This document shows, piece by piece, positions 46,455 through 57,288 of a stretch of DNA of 64,000 nucleotides. The notes below the pieces were generated by a model. That model searched no databases. It saw only the letters and a list, made by a program, of their open reading frames with translations, and was not told where the DNA came from. The translations under genes were made by a program, and so were the position numbers. Within the stretch, counting starts at the first letter, position 1. Each line of letters starts with the position of its first letter. This DNA is from a virus, in the IMG/VR virus record IMGVR_UViG_3300031787_000005. One strand, 5' to 3'.

Positions 46455-48623
46455 TTAAACGGTTCCAATGATTTCTTCGAATGAGACACCAGATCTGGTG
46501 GCAATGAATGTTAGACCAATAAAGTTGATTGATCTTGCTGGTTTGATAAAGATATCAGCAACAAATTCATTGTTGTCGATCACAGCAGCAGTATTATTTG
46601 TTTCATCACAAATCAGTCTGTACTCTTGGATTCCTCTCTTCGCTTGAACATCACGTAGGAAAGGATCTACAATATTTACAAAGTTTGCTCTCGTAGTTGC
46701 ATCGTTAAATTCAAATAGTTGATCTTTTGCAGCAGCCGAGATTGCATCTTCGAGATAGATGAAGAGTCTGCGAACGTTGATTCTATCAAATGCAGATGAT
46801 TTTGCGAGTGCAGTCTTATCGCCAAATAGTACAATTCCAGCACCAGGTGAGAAGATTACTGAGTTAACTCTGTTTGAATAGAGTTTGTCTCTCTGAGACT
46901 TGCTTGGATTATATGCAAGTTTAACCGCATTTAAGATAGCACCTCTTGAAGTTCCTGCAGGTGAGAACCATGGGAAGTTATTTGCGTCATTTCTAGCGCA
47001 TAAACCAGCGATGTCTCCATTAATTGGTACATATCTGAAAGTATCTGCGAATTTATCGTACATGTACTTATATCCGCTATCAAACACTGCATATGATGAG
47101 GATGCTACTGGTGAATAGAAACTAATTACGTTTGTTGTGATTGTTTCTGGTGCGTTTACTGTTACGGTACCCACTGAAGTATCGTTTAAGAAACCTAATC
47201 TATATGGTGAGATGAATGCGATAGCATCCTTTCTTAATTCAGCAACCGAAATAAGTTTATTTGCGATTGCCTGGCAGGTTTCTTTGGCATAATTTGCAGA
47301 TCCCATTAGGAGATAATCAACATTATATTGCTCAGTATTTTCAAATAACTCATATCCAGTGACAATGTTTGCTAAAGTGGCAGTCATTGCTCCAGATGTG
47401 GAAATCGTAGATGCTCCGTTATAATCCTTGCCACCATCTAATGAATATGATGCATTACCAACACATGCAAAAGTAACATTTGTCGAAGCTTGATCCCAAC
47501 CACCATTCGCTAAAGGAGTTAGTGTATTTGCAGCAAATCCTGTGGTTGTTAATCCAGAAGGAGCTCCGCCAGCATAAATGTAATTTGATCCCGTTGCAAT
47601 ATACTTTCTCCAATAAGAAGAACTACCTACAGAGAATTCTGAATCTTTTGCTTTTGAAAGTCCAATATGCTTCTCTAAGATACTACCAGCATTTCCAGTG
47701 ATAGTGCCCTTATCATCAATTACAACAACATGAACTTCGTCAAATCTCGAATTTCTTTCTGTAGCGTACTCAGAAGTTGCTGGTCTATTTGCAAGATTAG
47801 TCCAGGATAGAGAAGATCCATTGGATAATGCAATTGTTTGTGCATCAAACCAATCAGCAGCTGAAGATGCAGTACGGCTTGTTACTAAACCTCCGGCTGT
47901 GCTAATTGCTACTGCAGTTCCTGAAGCAAATGTGTAAACACCAGATGGTTGATAATCAACTGGAGTTTCTGTTCCTGCAGTAGAAACATGGGCTAAAATC
48001 TTAACTGCAATTTGAGTTGTGCTTAATCCTGCAACAGCAGTTCCAACTCCCGTTATGATACCTTTTAAATGACCTGTTAAAGTTGTTGTGGTACCAGATC
48101 CTGGAACTACAGCAGATAATGCTTGGGTAATACCCATGCCAACTGTGATGTTTGCTGTGGTAACACCAAGAATTTGATCTGCAAATCCATCAATCAAGCA
48201 AACTTTAACTCCGTTTGCCCAAGATCCAGGATTACGTGATGCAAGAGTAACACCAGCAATTGTGCTATCTTCATAACCTAGATTGTAATACTCTTCAAGG
48301 TTACGAATCTTAATGCTGGATGCTGATCCTACAAAGGCATTCTTTAGATCTGTGCTATCTGCTCTAACAACTTGCAACGATCCACCATATGCAAGATATG
48401 ATGATGCAACCAACCAATGCTCATAATGCTTATCTGTTGACGCTGGTTCTCCGAAGTTGGCTAATAGATCGGACTCATTCTCTACTATTACTGGGAGATT
48501 GATTGGTCCTCTTGCAAATGGTGCAACGATTGCCCCAATACCATCTGCGGTTGGATCAATTCTACCAACAGTTAAATCAACCTCTCTTACTACAAGTCCA
48601 GGAGATGCTAAATTTAGCGGCAT
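46455..48623 (-). CDS. gp18: tail sheath protein (gp18)
   Basis: SPGLVVREVD, PWFSPAG, INVRRLF. Confidence 0.97.
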   Translation of the reverse strand: MPLNLASPGLVVREVDLTVGRIDPTADGIGAIVAPFARGPINLPVIVENESDLLANFGEPASTDKHYEHWLVASSYLAYGGSLQVVRADSTDLKNAFVGSASSIKIRNLEEYYNLGYEDSTIAGVTLASRNPGSWANGVKVCLIDGFADQILGVTTANITVGMGITQALSAVVPGSGTTTTLTGHLKGIITGVGTAVAGLSTTQIAVKILAHVSTAGTETPVDYQPSGVYTFASGTAVAISTAGGLVTSRTASSAADWFDAQTIALSNGSSLSWTNLANRPATSEYATERNSRFDEVHVVVIDDKGTITGNAGSILEKHIGLSKAKDSEFSVGSSSYWRKYIATGSNYIYAGGAPSGLTTTGFAANTLTPLANGGWDQASTNVTFACVGNASYSLDGGKDYNGASTISTSGAMTATLANIVTGYELFENTEQYNVDYLLMGSANYAKETCQAIANKLISVAELRKDAIAFISPYRLGFLNDTSVGTVTVNAPETITTNVISFYSPVASSSYAVFDSGYKYMYDKFADTFRYVPINGDIAGLCARNDANNFPWFSPAGTSRGAILNAVKLAYNPSKSQRDKLYSNRVNSVIFSPGAGIVLFGDKTALAKSSAFDRINVRRLFIYLEDAISAAAKDQLFEFNDATTRANFVNIVDPFLRDVQAKRGIQEYRLICDETNNTAAVIDNNEFVADIFIKPARSINFIGLTFIATRSGVSFEEIIGTV

Positions 48624-48706
48624 CTTTGTTCTCCGTCTAGTTCAGAATTATTCTAGAAATATTTATTAAAAAGGTTACTTTCATTGGGGAAATGATGCGT
48701 GAACAC

Positions 48707-48952
48707 TCACCAATCTGGATATTGATAGTCCAATGTATTTTCAACTTTATTTCTAGAACTTGTAATTCTTTCTATAGTGCAACTTTTGCACTCATATGAA
48801 TATGATGACGGAAGAGATCCTCTATCTTTTCTTGTTAGATAATAATCTTCAATCAAATTTTTTATTTTTCCACATACCCTACATTTCCTTTCAAAAAATA
48901 ATAAATGCTCTAATTCTAATTCTTTATCTAAATCCATTAATGGTATTCCCAC
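48707..48952 (-). CDS. small Zn-finger hypothetical protein
   Basis: CRVC...CKSC. Confidence 0.7.
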   Translation of the reverse strand: MGIPLMDLDKELELEHLLFFERKCRVCGKIKNLIEDYYLTRKDRGSLPSSYSYECKSCTIERITSSRNKVENTLDYQYPDW

Positions 48953-50583
48953 ATGTATGATCTATCACCATATTCATCCGTATACCATCTATCACCAGAA
49001 TTATCTACAAAACTTTCCCCCCCATCAAGTCCATCAGCAATGAATCCAAATGGTGCCATGTCCTGTTCAATTTGATTTTTTTGTTCTTCATAAATTCTCT
49101 TACGAACATCATTGTCCGTCATTTCTTTAAAATAATCTTGAGCAACCAACCAAGAAAAGATAACAAGACACATTGCTAAGTCATCATTACATCCTTCTTC
49201 GGCTTCAAATGAATTATGCTTTTGTGCAAACGTAGTTAATTCTGCAATAATTTCGTAATCTACTGTAAGTAACTTATCATCTTCCAATAGAGTCTTTAAA
49301 TTCGAGCATCCCAACTTTTTAACTGCAGCAGTCATTCTGACTCCAAGTTGAGACTTTTTACCACTAAAACCTGAACCAACAATCTGACCTGCACGACCTC
49401 TCATTGCACACATCAGAACATTATCATACTCAAGATCAAAGTGAAGAATGCTTGCGACTTGATCTCCAATATCATTAACCTCAATTAATAACCAAGCATC
49501 ATTATATCCTTTTGCTACTTCATGAATTACACTTGGAAATAGCATCGGTTTAATTTCATTGTTTCTATACTTTGCTACAACTTTATATGGGAAGTTAGTA
49601 ATATCAAAAACAATAAATGCCGAATAGTCATTACCAAGTCCACGAGCAACGTCTACAGTGATTAGATAGTTATTTTCCTCTTTTGGGTGCTCATATACGT
49701 CTAATCCAGCATTTCGTTTAATTGGATCCTCATAAACTAAATTTCTGAGTTTTGATGGATTGATAAGAGTGTTAACTGATCCTAAAAATTCACACTCAAA
49801 CTCAACTTTGAACTGCTGTTCTGAGGTGTTAGCAATCGTCTGCTCCTTCCATGCAGTGTCCCTTCCGGGCACTTCTGACCAATGAACGTCTGTTGGTACA
49901 TATTCGTTCTTACCACGCTCTGAGTCGTGCCACATGCGGTAGAAGTGGTTCATACCCCGTGGCGTGGATACGATGATTACCTTCGTGCTTTGTCCAGAAG
50001 AAATAGTAGGATAAACAGAGGCAAAGAAGTCATCAGCAATGTGATTCGGGATGAAAGCGAACTCGTCAAGAAAGATGACATTATAGGATCCGCCTCGGAC
50101 AGCAGATGACGAAGTAGAGTTAGATGAAATTTTGGAGCCATTTTCTAATTCTAAAGATCCTTTGTTCCATGATATAATACCTTGTTGCATCCACTTAGGT
50201 AAATTTTCATAAGCAAGTTGTAATCTTTGAAGTAGATCTCTTGCCGTGGATGCTTTGTTTGCTAGAATAGCTATATTAACATTGTCGTTGAATACAGCAT
50301 AATGTAACAAATATGAAACACAAGTCGTAGATTTACCTGTCTGACGAGGCATCTTACAGATATTAAATCTATTCTCGTGGAAGTTCTTTACAAGTTTCTC
50401 TTGAAATGGATACATCTCAAAAGGAACCAGACCGTGATCCAGAGAAACGATCTTAATATAATTCTTTGCGAAATATACAGGGTCTTCTTTACATTTTAAG
50501 AACTCAATAATCTGTTCTTCTGTAAATTCAATTTGTGTATTTGCTTTTTTTAAATTCGGATTACCAAGATAAACTTCACTCAT
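48937..50583 (-). CDS. gp17: terminase large subunit (gp17)
   Basis: PRQTGKST, LDEFAF, VDVARG, DDLAM. Confidence 0.97.
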   Translation of the reverse strand: MSEVYLGNPNLKKANTQIEFTEEQIIEFLKCKEDPVYFAKNYIKIVSLDHGLVPFEMYPFQEKLVKNFHENRFNICKMPRQTGKSTTCVSYLLHYAVFNDNVNIAILANKASTARDLLQRLQLAYENLPKWMQQGIISWNKGSLELENGSKISSNSTSSSAVRGGSYNVIFLDEFAFIPNHIADDFFASVYPTISSGQSTKVIIVSTPRGMNHFYRMWHDSERGKNEYVPTDVHWSEVPGRDTAWKEQTIANTSEQQFKVEFECEFLGSVNTLINPSKLRNLVYEDPIKRNAGLDVYEHPKEENNYLITVDVARGLGNDYSAFIVFDITNFPYKVVAKYRNNEIKPMLFPSVIHEVAKGYNDAWLLIEVNDIGDQVASILHFDLEYDNVLMCAMRGRAGQIVGSGFSGKKSQLGVRMTAAVKKLGCSNLKTLLEDDKLLTVDYEIIAELTTFAQKHNSFEAEEGCNDDLAMCLVIFSWLVAQDYFKEMTDNDVRKRIYEEQKNQIEQDMAPFGFIADGLDGGESFVDNSGDRWYTDEYGDRSYMWEYH

Positions 50584-50588
50584 AAAAA

Positions 50589-51863
50589 TTACCTCTGTTC
50601 AATCCAGTTCAGAACCGCAAGTGCTGCTTTGTTAGTATTAGGACTTGCACAAACAAGAGTATAAGTATCACTGATTGTTCCAATACCACTTCTACCCAAC
50701 TGAAGTGCTGCTTTAACATCAAGATCAACTAATGACCCACCACCAGCAATCACAAAACCACTCAAAAGATCAGTTCCACCAGATACTGCTGTTTGAGTTA
50801 TATTATACTGCATAAAGGAGTTTGGATCTGGATGATCTACCCAAGTCCCCCCAGTCAGTGTTGCATTCTCAAGAAGTTTCCAATACACATTCGTATTATC
50901 ATTGGTTGCTGCCTGTAATGATCTCAAAAGCATCACACCAGTTAGGTTATTAGATTTGAGACGAAGACTTATAATTGGATAAAATGTATTTGCCGCTGCC
51001 ATCGTTGTCCCTGTGATGGGATTTGATATACTCAAAAGAGTTCCAAGTTTTTCTGGTTCTCCTTCCTGAATCAGAGAATTAGAACCCTGATACATGTAAT
51101 GAGTTCCTGCAACACCAGTTACATTTTCTATCTCAAGTCTGATTGGTAAGAATGGAGTAGAACACCACACTCCTGGATTTGTATTTGAGTTCTCAAAAGT
51201 ATGAGATACAACAGTCTCATTCTTCATCAACCAAGCAAATTGTACTATACCTGCACCATACCATTCATAATTGATGGAAATCATTTGTTGTTTTGTTGGA
51301 TCTGCGGTCACTCCAGTCCAACCATTTCCATCAAACTTCTCACCATTCCAATCATCTCTGTATACTCTGGTTTCTGTAGTAATTCCAGTTACACTACTGC
51401 GAATTACATAAGAATATGTTCCTCCATTATCCTCAAAGAATGCACCATTATAATCATCAAACAATCCAAATCTTCTGCGAATACCTACCTGTGGAGTATC
51501 AAGACGAATCGCAAATGCAAGAGTTGCACTTCTACCAGGAATGTATCTCATCACATTCTTGGTTTGACGAATAACTTTACTACCAGCAGTAGAACCAACT
51601 TGCATCACAATATTACTGGAATTTGCATTAAATGTTGCAGTTCCTACTCCAACTACTCTTTCATCCCATACATCAGTCTCTTTACCGTACTGAAAAGTGT
51701 TAAAGAATACTGTTTGATACGGAGCAACTTTGAGACGATTGTTGTTAGAAAACTGAGGTCTCCAGTCTGTCTGGTTTCCCCAATGATCTGCGATATTAAA
51801 AACCTCAAAGAGACTTCTCTCTTGATCTAAGAAGTCTTGTGTTTTCTTATTCCACTGTGCCAT
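50589..51863 (-). CDS. hypothetical probable virion protein
   Basis: 424-aa beta-rich ORF within the morphogenesis module. Confidence 0.75.
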   Translation of the reverse strand: MAQWNKKTQDFLDQERSLFEVFNIADHWGNQTDWRPQFSNNNRLKVAPYQTVFFNTFQYGKETDVWDERVVGVGTATFNANSSNIVMQVGSTAGSKVIRQTKNVMRYIPGRSATLAFAIRLDTPQVGIRRRFGLFDDYNGAFFEDNGGTYSYVIRSSVTGITTETRVYRDDWNGEKFDGNGWTGVTADPTKQQMISINYEWYGAGIVQFAWLMKNETVVSHTFENSNTNPGVWCSTPFLPIRLEIENVTGVAGTHYMYQGSNSLIQEGEPEKLGTLLSISNPITGTTMAAANTFYPIISLRLKSNNLTGVMLLRSLQAATNDNTNVYWKLLENATLTGGTWVDHPDPNSFMQYNITQTAVSGGTDLLSGFVIAGGGSLVDLDVKAALQLGRSGIGTISDTYTLVCASPNTNKAALAVLNWIEQR

Positions 51864-51865
51864 AA

Positions 51866-52180
51866 TTAATCAGTCCAAGTTAGTCTTTCTGGTTGATATC
51901 TTTGTGAATTTTTGATTCTTAAAGAACTTTGAGCTTGTGATGGATAAATGTTATGGACGATTGCTCCAGGATATTCACCCTGAAGTTGTTCTGCAAGAGC
52001 ATTCTTATCCATCATAGAACCTTCTACTTCAATGCGATATAGTTTTCCTTCCCAAACTACATCAGCAAGGAAAGATTCTGTTGCTTGCTCTGGTTGAGAT
52101 CCACCATTCATATAGAGATTTCCATTGAAATCTCCGGCGATATTGATGCTTTCTGATAAGAATTGTTGAAAAGATTTCAT
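51866..52180 (-). CDS. hypothetical protein beginning MKSFQQFLSE (candidate internal head protein)
   Basis: 104-aa ORF with a CTS-like N-terminus. Confidence 0.75.
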   Translation of the reverse strand: MKSFQQFLSESINIAGDFNGNLYMNGGSQPEQATESFLADVVWEGKLYRIEVEGSMMDKNALAEQLQGEYPGAIVHNIYPSQAQSSLRIKNSQRYQPERLTWTD

Positions 52181-52181
52181 T

Positions 52182-53675
52182 TTAGTTACAGTTCCAACGA
52201 CGAAGGGCTTTGTTGATGTTTGAATCTGAATCTCTTGCGGTTTCTGCAGAAGTAAGTTTCTCTTTCATTCCACTCATTCTACGGCAAAATGAAGCACGAC
52301 GTTTTGCTCTTTTACCTTTTGGTTTCTTTTCGGTTACTGCGGTCTGAAGTTTTGAACCTGGATTCTCGCGGCGGTATGCTTTTACAGCTTTCTGACTGAG
52401 ACCATCAGTTTTATCTTTACGATTAACTGATTGCCAATCTTCTGAAAGTTCTTCTCTCCAATTTGAGTATTCTTCTTTTACGCAATTTGGAACAATTTTT
52501 GGTCCTTTCTTTTTCATTCCAACTTGCTTGTATCCTTTCCAACAATCTTCGTCAACAACTGGTTGCATATGATTTGGTCCAACAATATCAATTACCTGTG
52601 CAAAAGTATTTCCGTTTGCATCTTCAATTGTTGTTGATTCATCAACTTTACCTTGTCCACTATCTAAGTAATCTGCGGCGGTATCAATATAATCTGCTGC
52701 TTTAGTGATCTTTGATTGTACCCATGCCTCAAGACTACCTTCACCTTTACCAACTTTTTTCTTCAATCTCTTTGCTGCTGAAATAATTGTTGAAAGTTCT
52801 GAACGAGCCATGGAATACTCATGGTCTTTTTCTTCATTAGCAGGATGAACCTGAGCAATACTAAATTTCATTTGGTTATCTGTTAAACCTTGTGCTGGTT
52901 GTGAATATGCTTCCCAGAACTTAGAACCATACTTGCATTCGGACTGCATCTCGTTCTTTTTACATCCTGGGCAATATCTAACCATCTCAACTGACTCTGA
53001 TTTATTGCCCCAATTTGCAGCGCCAACTTTACGACATTTGACAAGTGCTCCTGATGCATATGCACTTGGCCAAACACTATATCTCGACTTTACCTTGTTG
53101 TAGCAGGCATCTTTTTTTGCCTTCTTTTCTGCTTCTTGCAACTCAAGTTCTTCTTTCATTTTTTTCTTTGGTTTATCGGTCGAAACATAAGTTGGTTTTG
53201 CGGCACCAGATTTTTGTTGTTGACCTGGATCTGCTGATTTTTTTCTTCTTGCTGCCGAAAGTCTTTCTGCTTTTGACATGCTTGCTCTTTTTGCTGATGA
53301 AACGCATTTAGGAGTTCCTTCTTCCGGTTCATCACTTGCACATGTCCCACCAGTCACAACATTTACCCAACCTGGTTTTCCATCTTTTGATTTAGATTTG
53401 CCAAACCAATCACGAAGACCCTCCTCATTCATCTTTACATCTTTAAATTTTTTATGTTCTTTTTTTGCGGATGCTTCCATTTTTTTTAAACGAGTGTAAT
53501 AATCTGGAATTTCATCTAAATGTTGAAGGGCAATATCTTTTGCAAGTTCATGATCTTTAGTATGTTCGTGCTCAATTGGTTCTCCCATATCCAGTTGCTT
53601 TTGAATGAAAGAAACATCAAGACGATGCTTCTTTGCAATCTGCTCAACTGTTTTGTGAGACTTTAATTTATGCAC
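52182..53675 (-). CDS. modular virion-associated protein (DUF-type modules)
   Basis: 497 aa made of basic modules separated by xxE-rich linkers. Confidence 0.8.
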   Translation of the reverse strand: MHKLKSHKTVEQIAKKHRLDVSFIQKQLDMGEPIEHEHTKDHELAKDIALQHLDEIPDYYTRLKKMEASAKKEHKKFKDVKMNEEGLRDWFGKSKSKDGKPGWVNVVTGGTCASDEPEEGTPKCVSSAKRASMSKAERLSAARRKKSADPGQQQKSGAAKPTYVSTDKPKKKMKEELELQEAEKKAKKDACYNKVKSRYSVWPSAYASGALVKCRKVGAANWGNKSESVEMVRYCPGCKKNEMQSECKYGSKFWEAYSQPAQGLTDNQMKFSIAQVHPANEEKDHEYSMARSELSTIISAAKRLKKKVGKGEGSLEAWVQSKITKAADYIDTAADYLDSGQGKVDESTTIEDANGNTFAQVIDIVGPNHMQPVVDEDCWKGYKQVGMKKKGPKIVPNCVKEEYSNWREELSEDWQSVNRKDKTDGLSQKAVKAYRRENPGSKLQTAVTEKKPKGKRAKRRASFCRRMSGMKEKLTSAETARDSDSNINKALRRWNCN

Positions 53676-53688
53676 AATATTAATCGAA

Positions 53689-54105
53689 TTACTCTTTATT
53701 ATTTAGAAAACCTTGTTTGAGTAGTTTTGATAACTCTGCAGTTGATCCAACAAACAATGCATTGTTAGTAACATTGTTGGTAGTCTTTGGAGAATCTTCT
53801 TCAACTTCCTTCAGTTTTTTCTGAAGATCAATCAATTTATCTGTAGTATCAGCGACATTTTTGATAAGTTGTCCCGCAACTTCATATGCTCTAGGACTAC
53901 CACCCTCACCAGCAAGTTCCATTATACCATTGATAGCTTCTTGACCTTTTTCGATCAAAGAATATAAATTGGCACGAGTATACTCATAATCTTTTTGTAT
54001 ATCATTATTAGTGTGGGATACATTTGCAATACTAGTATCCTCTGCTTTTACAATCTCAGTTTCTACATTCAGGGATTGACTGATTTTATCAAAAGTGTCA
54101 CTCAT
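53689..54105 (-). CDS. gp16: terminase small subunit (gp16)
   Basis: PRAYEVAGQLIK, FVGSTAEL. Confidence 0.9.
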   Translation of the reverse strand: MSDTFDKISQSLNVETEIVKAEDTSIANVSHTNNDIQKDYEYTRANLYSLIEKGQEAINGIMELAGEGGSPRAYEVAGQLIKNVADTTDKLIDLQKKLKEVEEDSPKTTNNVTNNALFVGSTAELSKLLKQGFLNNKE

Positions 54106-54114
54106 AACAATTCC

Positions 54115-54957
54115 TTAAATATCCGTCTGCAATGTTGGGCTATAAGTCTTCGAATCTGTAAAATCTTGCCATTCTTCATTAAATCCAAAATCATCATCTG
54201 GTTCTACAAATGGGTCATCTGCTGGAGTAATTTGCCCATCATTATTATAATCTTTAAGTGCTTTTGGTGTTGCTGTATATCTTACTTCTCTCTTTGCACT
54301 TGCAATATTTGTACTCGTTGCCATATCGACTTGGACTTTTTTGATAAGTCCTTCCGCAGTTTCTGCAATAGCTCCAAACAAATATGTTTTTGCGGTAAAT
54401 TGTAATGTATAAATTATTGCTCTTCTAGTCGAAAAATCTCCTTCATAATCATCTTGGAAACTAATGCTATCTAAGATAATAGGAATATCTCTTTTTTCTC
54501 CAATAGCATCGACAAGATCTATTGTAATTGTAAATGATGGTTGAAAGTATGGTAGTATCTGCTCAATTATTTGTAAAACATCATCATTTAATTTTGCTAG
54601 AATATTTAATTCAAATCCAATATTGTATGGCACGGGCATAAAAACTTTTTTAAGAGTTTGCCCATCAACAGCTTTAAATGTTTGAGTTACAGAAGTTTTT
54701 CTAGTTGCATCATATGTAATACTATTGTGCTCAAATGACATTCTTGGTAATGTTATTTGATATGGTCTATTTAAATCTTTTTGTTCTGTAATTCTTGCTA
54801 AGAACTTTTGGGCTGGACCATAATTCAATGGAACTCTAAGTTCACTTAAAACATTTGAATTTTCATCTTTATGCTTGATATGAATATCGTTAAACAGCGT
54901 ACCGAATCCAATTATAGTTTTTCTAATGATTTCGTGATAAAAATAATTCCCTAACAT
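54115..54957 (-). CDS. gp15: tail sheath stabilizer / completion protein (gp15)
   Basis: MLGNYFYHE, LPRMSFE, PVPYN. Confidence 0.92.
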   Translation of the reverse strand: MLGNYFYHEIIRKTIIGFGTLFNDIHIKHKDENSNVLSELRVPLNYGPAQKFLARITEQKDLNRPYQITLPRMSFEHNSITYDATRKTSVTQTFKAVDGQTLKKVFMPVPYNIGFELNILAKLNDDVLQIIEQILPYFQPSFTITIDLVDAIGEKRDIPIILDSISFQDDYEGDFSTRRAIIYTLQFTAKTYLFGAIAETAEGLIKKVQVDMATSTNIASAKREVRYTATPKALKDYNNDGQITPADDPFVEPDDDFGFNEEWQDFTDSKTYSPTLQTDI

Positions 54958-56447
54958 TAATAAACTCCAAATGGATTATCTTGAGTAAAATCAATAATAT
55001 CTATACCTTCATTTTCAATTTCATCATTTTGTGCGTAAGGATCTTCAGTGATAAAATCATCATATTTTCTAACAACCCAAGATGCGCTGGATGCAGATCC
55101 TACAATTGATTCTCCTCTAATAAATTCTCCAGATACAATTGATACTAATAATTGTTTACTATTTATGTCCCAATCTCTAACTCTTGCCTGAGCACCAGAT
55201 GTTGCACCAATAATAATTTCATTATACTGATAAGTTCCAACGCCAGCATTATTTGTAATTGCTGATGGTGGTGATATTGTAATCGTTGGTGAAATTAATC
55301 TCCCAAGATCATCATATTCTGGATTGTATCCATATCCAGCATCTCTTATGCCTAATGTGACTATTCCAACATTGGTCGTAGTTGAAACTCCTAATACATT
55401 GATAAGATTTGCTGCAATCACTGCATTTGTAGATCCTATTCCAGATAAAGTTGGTGATATAGTAACTGATGGTATTGTAAAATAACCTTTTCCAGAATTA
55501 GTAAGATATGCACTTGATATTCCGATTAAACCACTATCATTAACAATACATGTTGCTATGGCGCCAGATCCTTTTCCAGCGGCGCTCACAAATGTTAAAG
55601 TTGGTGGTTCGGTATATCCATATCCAGTGTTAGTAATTAAAACTTCATATATTGAATATGCGTCTCCAATAGAAGTCGTTATTGCAACTGCTTTTGCATT
55701 TGCTGCTGGAACTCCAACTGGGGAAGTTGAAATAGAAACCAATGGTGGTTCTATATATCCGTTTCCATCATTCAGTAGTACAATTTTTTGAACATATCCA
55801 GATCCAAAAGTTGTCACGCCAACCTTTCCAACCGCAGTTTGGGCATAATCATCGTCAATAAGATACAATGTTGTGGTAACATCTTTGATCAATTCATCAA
55901 CTTCTGCTACAGAGGTATCCATAATTTCATCTTCATATTCAAAGAGTTCGCATATTACTTCATAAACGTATGTTTTACCAAGTTGATAAAATGGTTTTTC
56001 ATGCTCAACAAACTTAACTTCGAACAATCTTTGTCCGAGTGGAAAATATATTAAATCACCTTCTCTAGGTCTTACTACCAATTCTTCATCTTCGTCATTG
56101 TATAATAAATTTGGATTATATATTGATGCCATAATGGGACCAATAAATTCTTCAAATCTTTCTTTCGAGATAGTTAAAGTAACCTCATCTCTCAAAGAAA
56201 CTCCAAATTTAGTCATGATATCTCCAGCACCAGCATATCCTTCATAATTATTGACATATGCTTCAATAATGAAGTTATCATCAAACTTCGATGATTGAAC
56301 TTCTCTTAGAACTTTATCAGTTCTAATCATTTTTCTTGGGATATACATCACATCAATACCATAGATCTTCAACTGCTCGTTTATTAGATCTTGGACAAGA
56401 TTTTGTTCAGAAGATAATCCTTGACTAAAAAATGGATTTAATGCCAT
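54957..56447 (-). CDS. gp14: neck protein gp14 with inserted repeat domain
   Basis: NPFF, PREGDLIYFP, ELFEY; internal GxGY repeats; C-terminal NPFG. Confidence 0.9.
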   Translation of the reverse strand: MALNPFFSQGLSSEQNLVQDLINEQLKIYGIDVMYIPRKMIRTDKVLREVQSSKFDDNFIIEAYVNNYEGYAGAGDIMTKFGVSLRDEVTLTISKERFEEFIGPIMASIYNPNLLYNDEDEELVVRPREGDLIYFPLGQRLFEVKFVEHEKPFYQLGKTYVYEVICELFEYEDEIMDTSVAEVDELIKDVTTTLYLIDDDYAQTAVGKVGVTTFGSGYVQKIVLLNDGNGYIEPPLVSISTSPVGVPAANAKAVAITTSIGDAYSIYEVLITNTGYGYTEPPTLTFVSAAGKGSGAIATCIVNDSGLIGISSAYLTNSGKGYFTIPSVTISPTLSGIGSTNAVIAANLINVLGVSTTTNVGIVTLGIRDAGYGYNPEYDDLGRLISPTITISPPSAITNNAGVGTYQYNEIIIGATSGAQARVRDWDINSKQLLVSIVSGEFIRGESIVGSASSASWVVRKYDDFITEDPYAQNDEIENEGIDIIDFTQDNPFGVY

Positions 56448-56451
56448 AATA

Positions 56452-57288
56452 TCATCCTATCATATCTAGAGGTGGTAATTCGTACTCTAGCGCCATTCTT
56501 TGCTTCAAGTCTAAAAGTTCTCTCTCAGCATCATCATAGAGTTCTCTCCCATTTAGTTCTATACCACCAGGAAGTTTAACTCCCCTAAATTTAATTAGAT
56601 TTTGTCCCCATTGCTTTTTAATTAAAGCTGTTAGATATTTTTTTAAGAAACTATCATTATAAACTTTAGTGAAGTTATTTGGATCTAATATTCTATAGCA
56701 CTCAAGAACAATCCAAGTATCTTTGGATTTTGCACCCCAATCGATGTCTAAGTACAATCTATTTTGCCTTTTATTAAATCTTATTTGCTTGTCTGTACTT
56801 AGCAGAAAATCAATATCTTCAAGATAACTCTTTACCATTGCATACTGCAATAATTCAACAGAATTGAAGTAGTAAAGATCGTTTAAGAATAGTTGATATT
56901 TAATACTAAACATTCCAGCAGAAATTGAACTCGTATCAAATTTAAAAACTTTTTCAACTCCAATAACTGAGTCTGGAACTTGAATATAATTTGATGACTC
57001 ATAAAAATTAAAAGATGTACTCGCCACACCAACAGAAGTTCCAGATGTTGTCACAACACCAACTCCATCTGGCGCCTTTGCTCTTCCCCTATCTAAATCT
57101 GCTTGAGTTATTTTGTACTTCAAATACATTTTCTCCACACCATCAAAGTGGCGCTCATGGAAATACTGCAAAGCATCATCAACTAAATCATCTATTTGTT
57201 CATCAGCAACGTTGATTTCTAAAACTGGTGCTCCAAGTTGCCTTAGGCAATAATCAATTAATCCTTGTCTTGTAGATGCTTGTGCCAT
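56452..57288 (-). CDS. gp13: neck protein gp13
   Basis: LRQLGAPVLEINV, KQWGQNLIKF. Confidence 0.93.
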   Translation of the reverse strand: MAQASTRQGLIDYCLRQLGAPVLEINVADEQIDDLVDDALQYFHERHFDGVEKMYLKYKITQADLDRGRAKAPDGVGVVTTSGTSVGVASTSFNFYESSNYIQVPDSVIGVEKVFKFDTSSISAGMFSIKYQLFLNDLYYFNSVELLQYAMVKSYLEDIDFLLSTDKQIRFNKRQNRLYLDIDWGAKSKDTWIVLECYRILDPNNFTKVYNDSFLKKYLTALIKKQWGQNLIKFRGVKLPGGIELNGRELYDDAERELLDLKQRMALEYELPPLDMIG

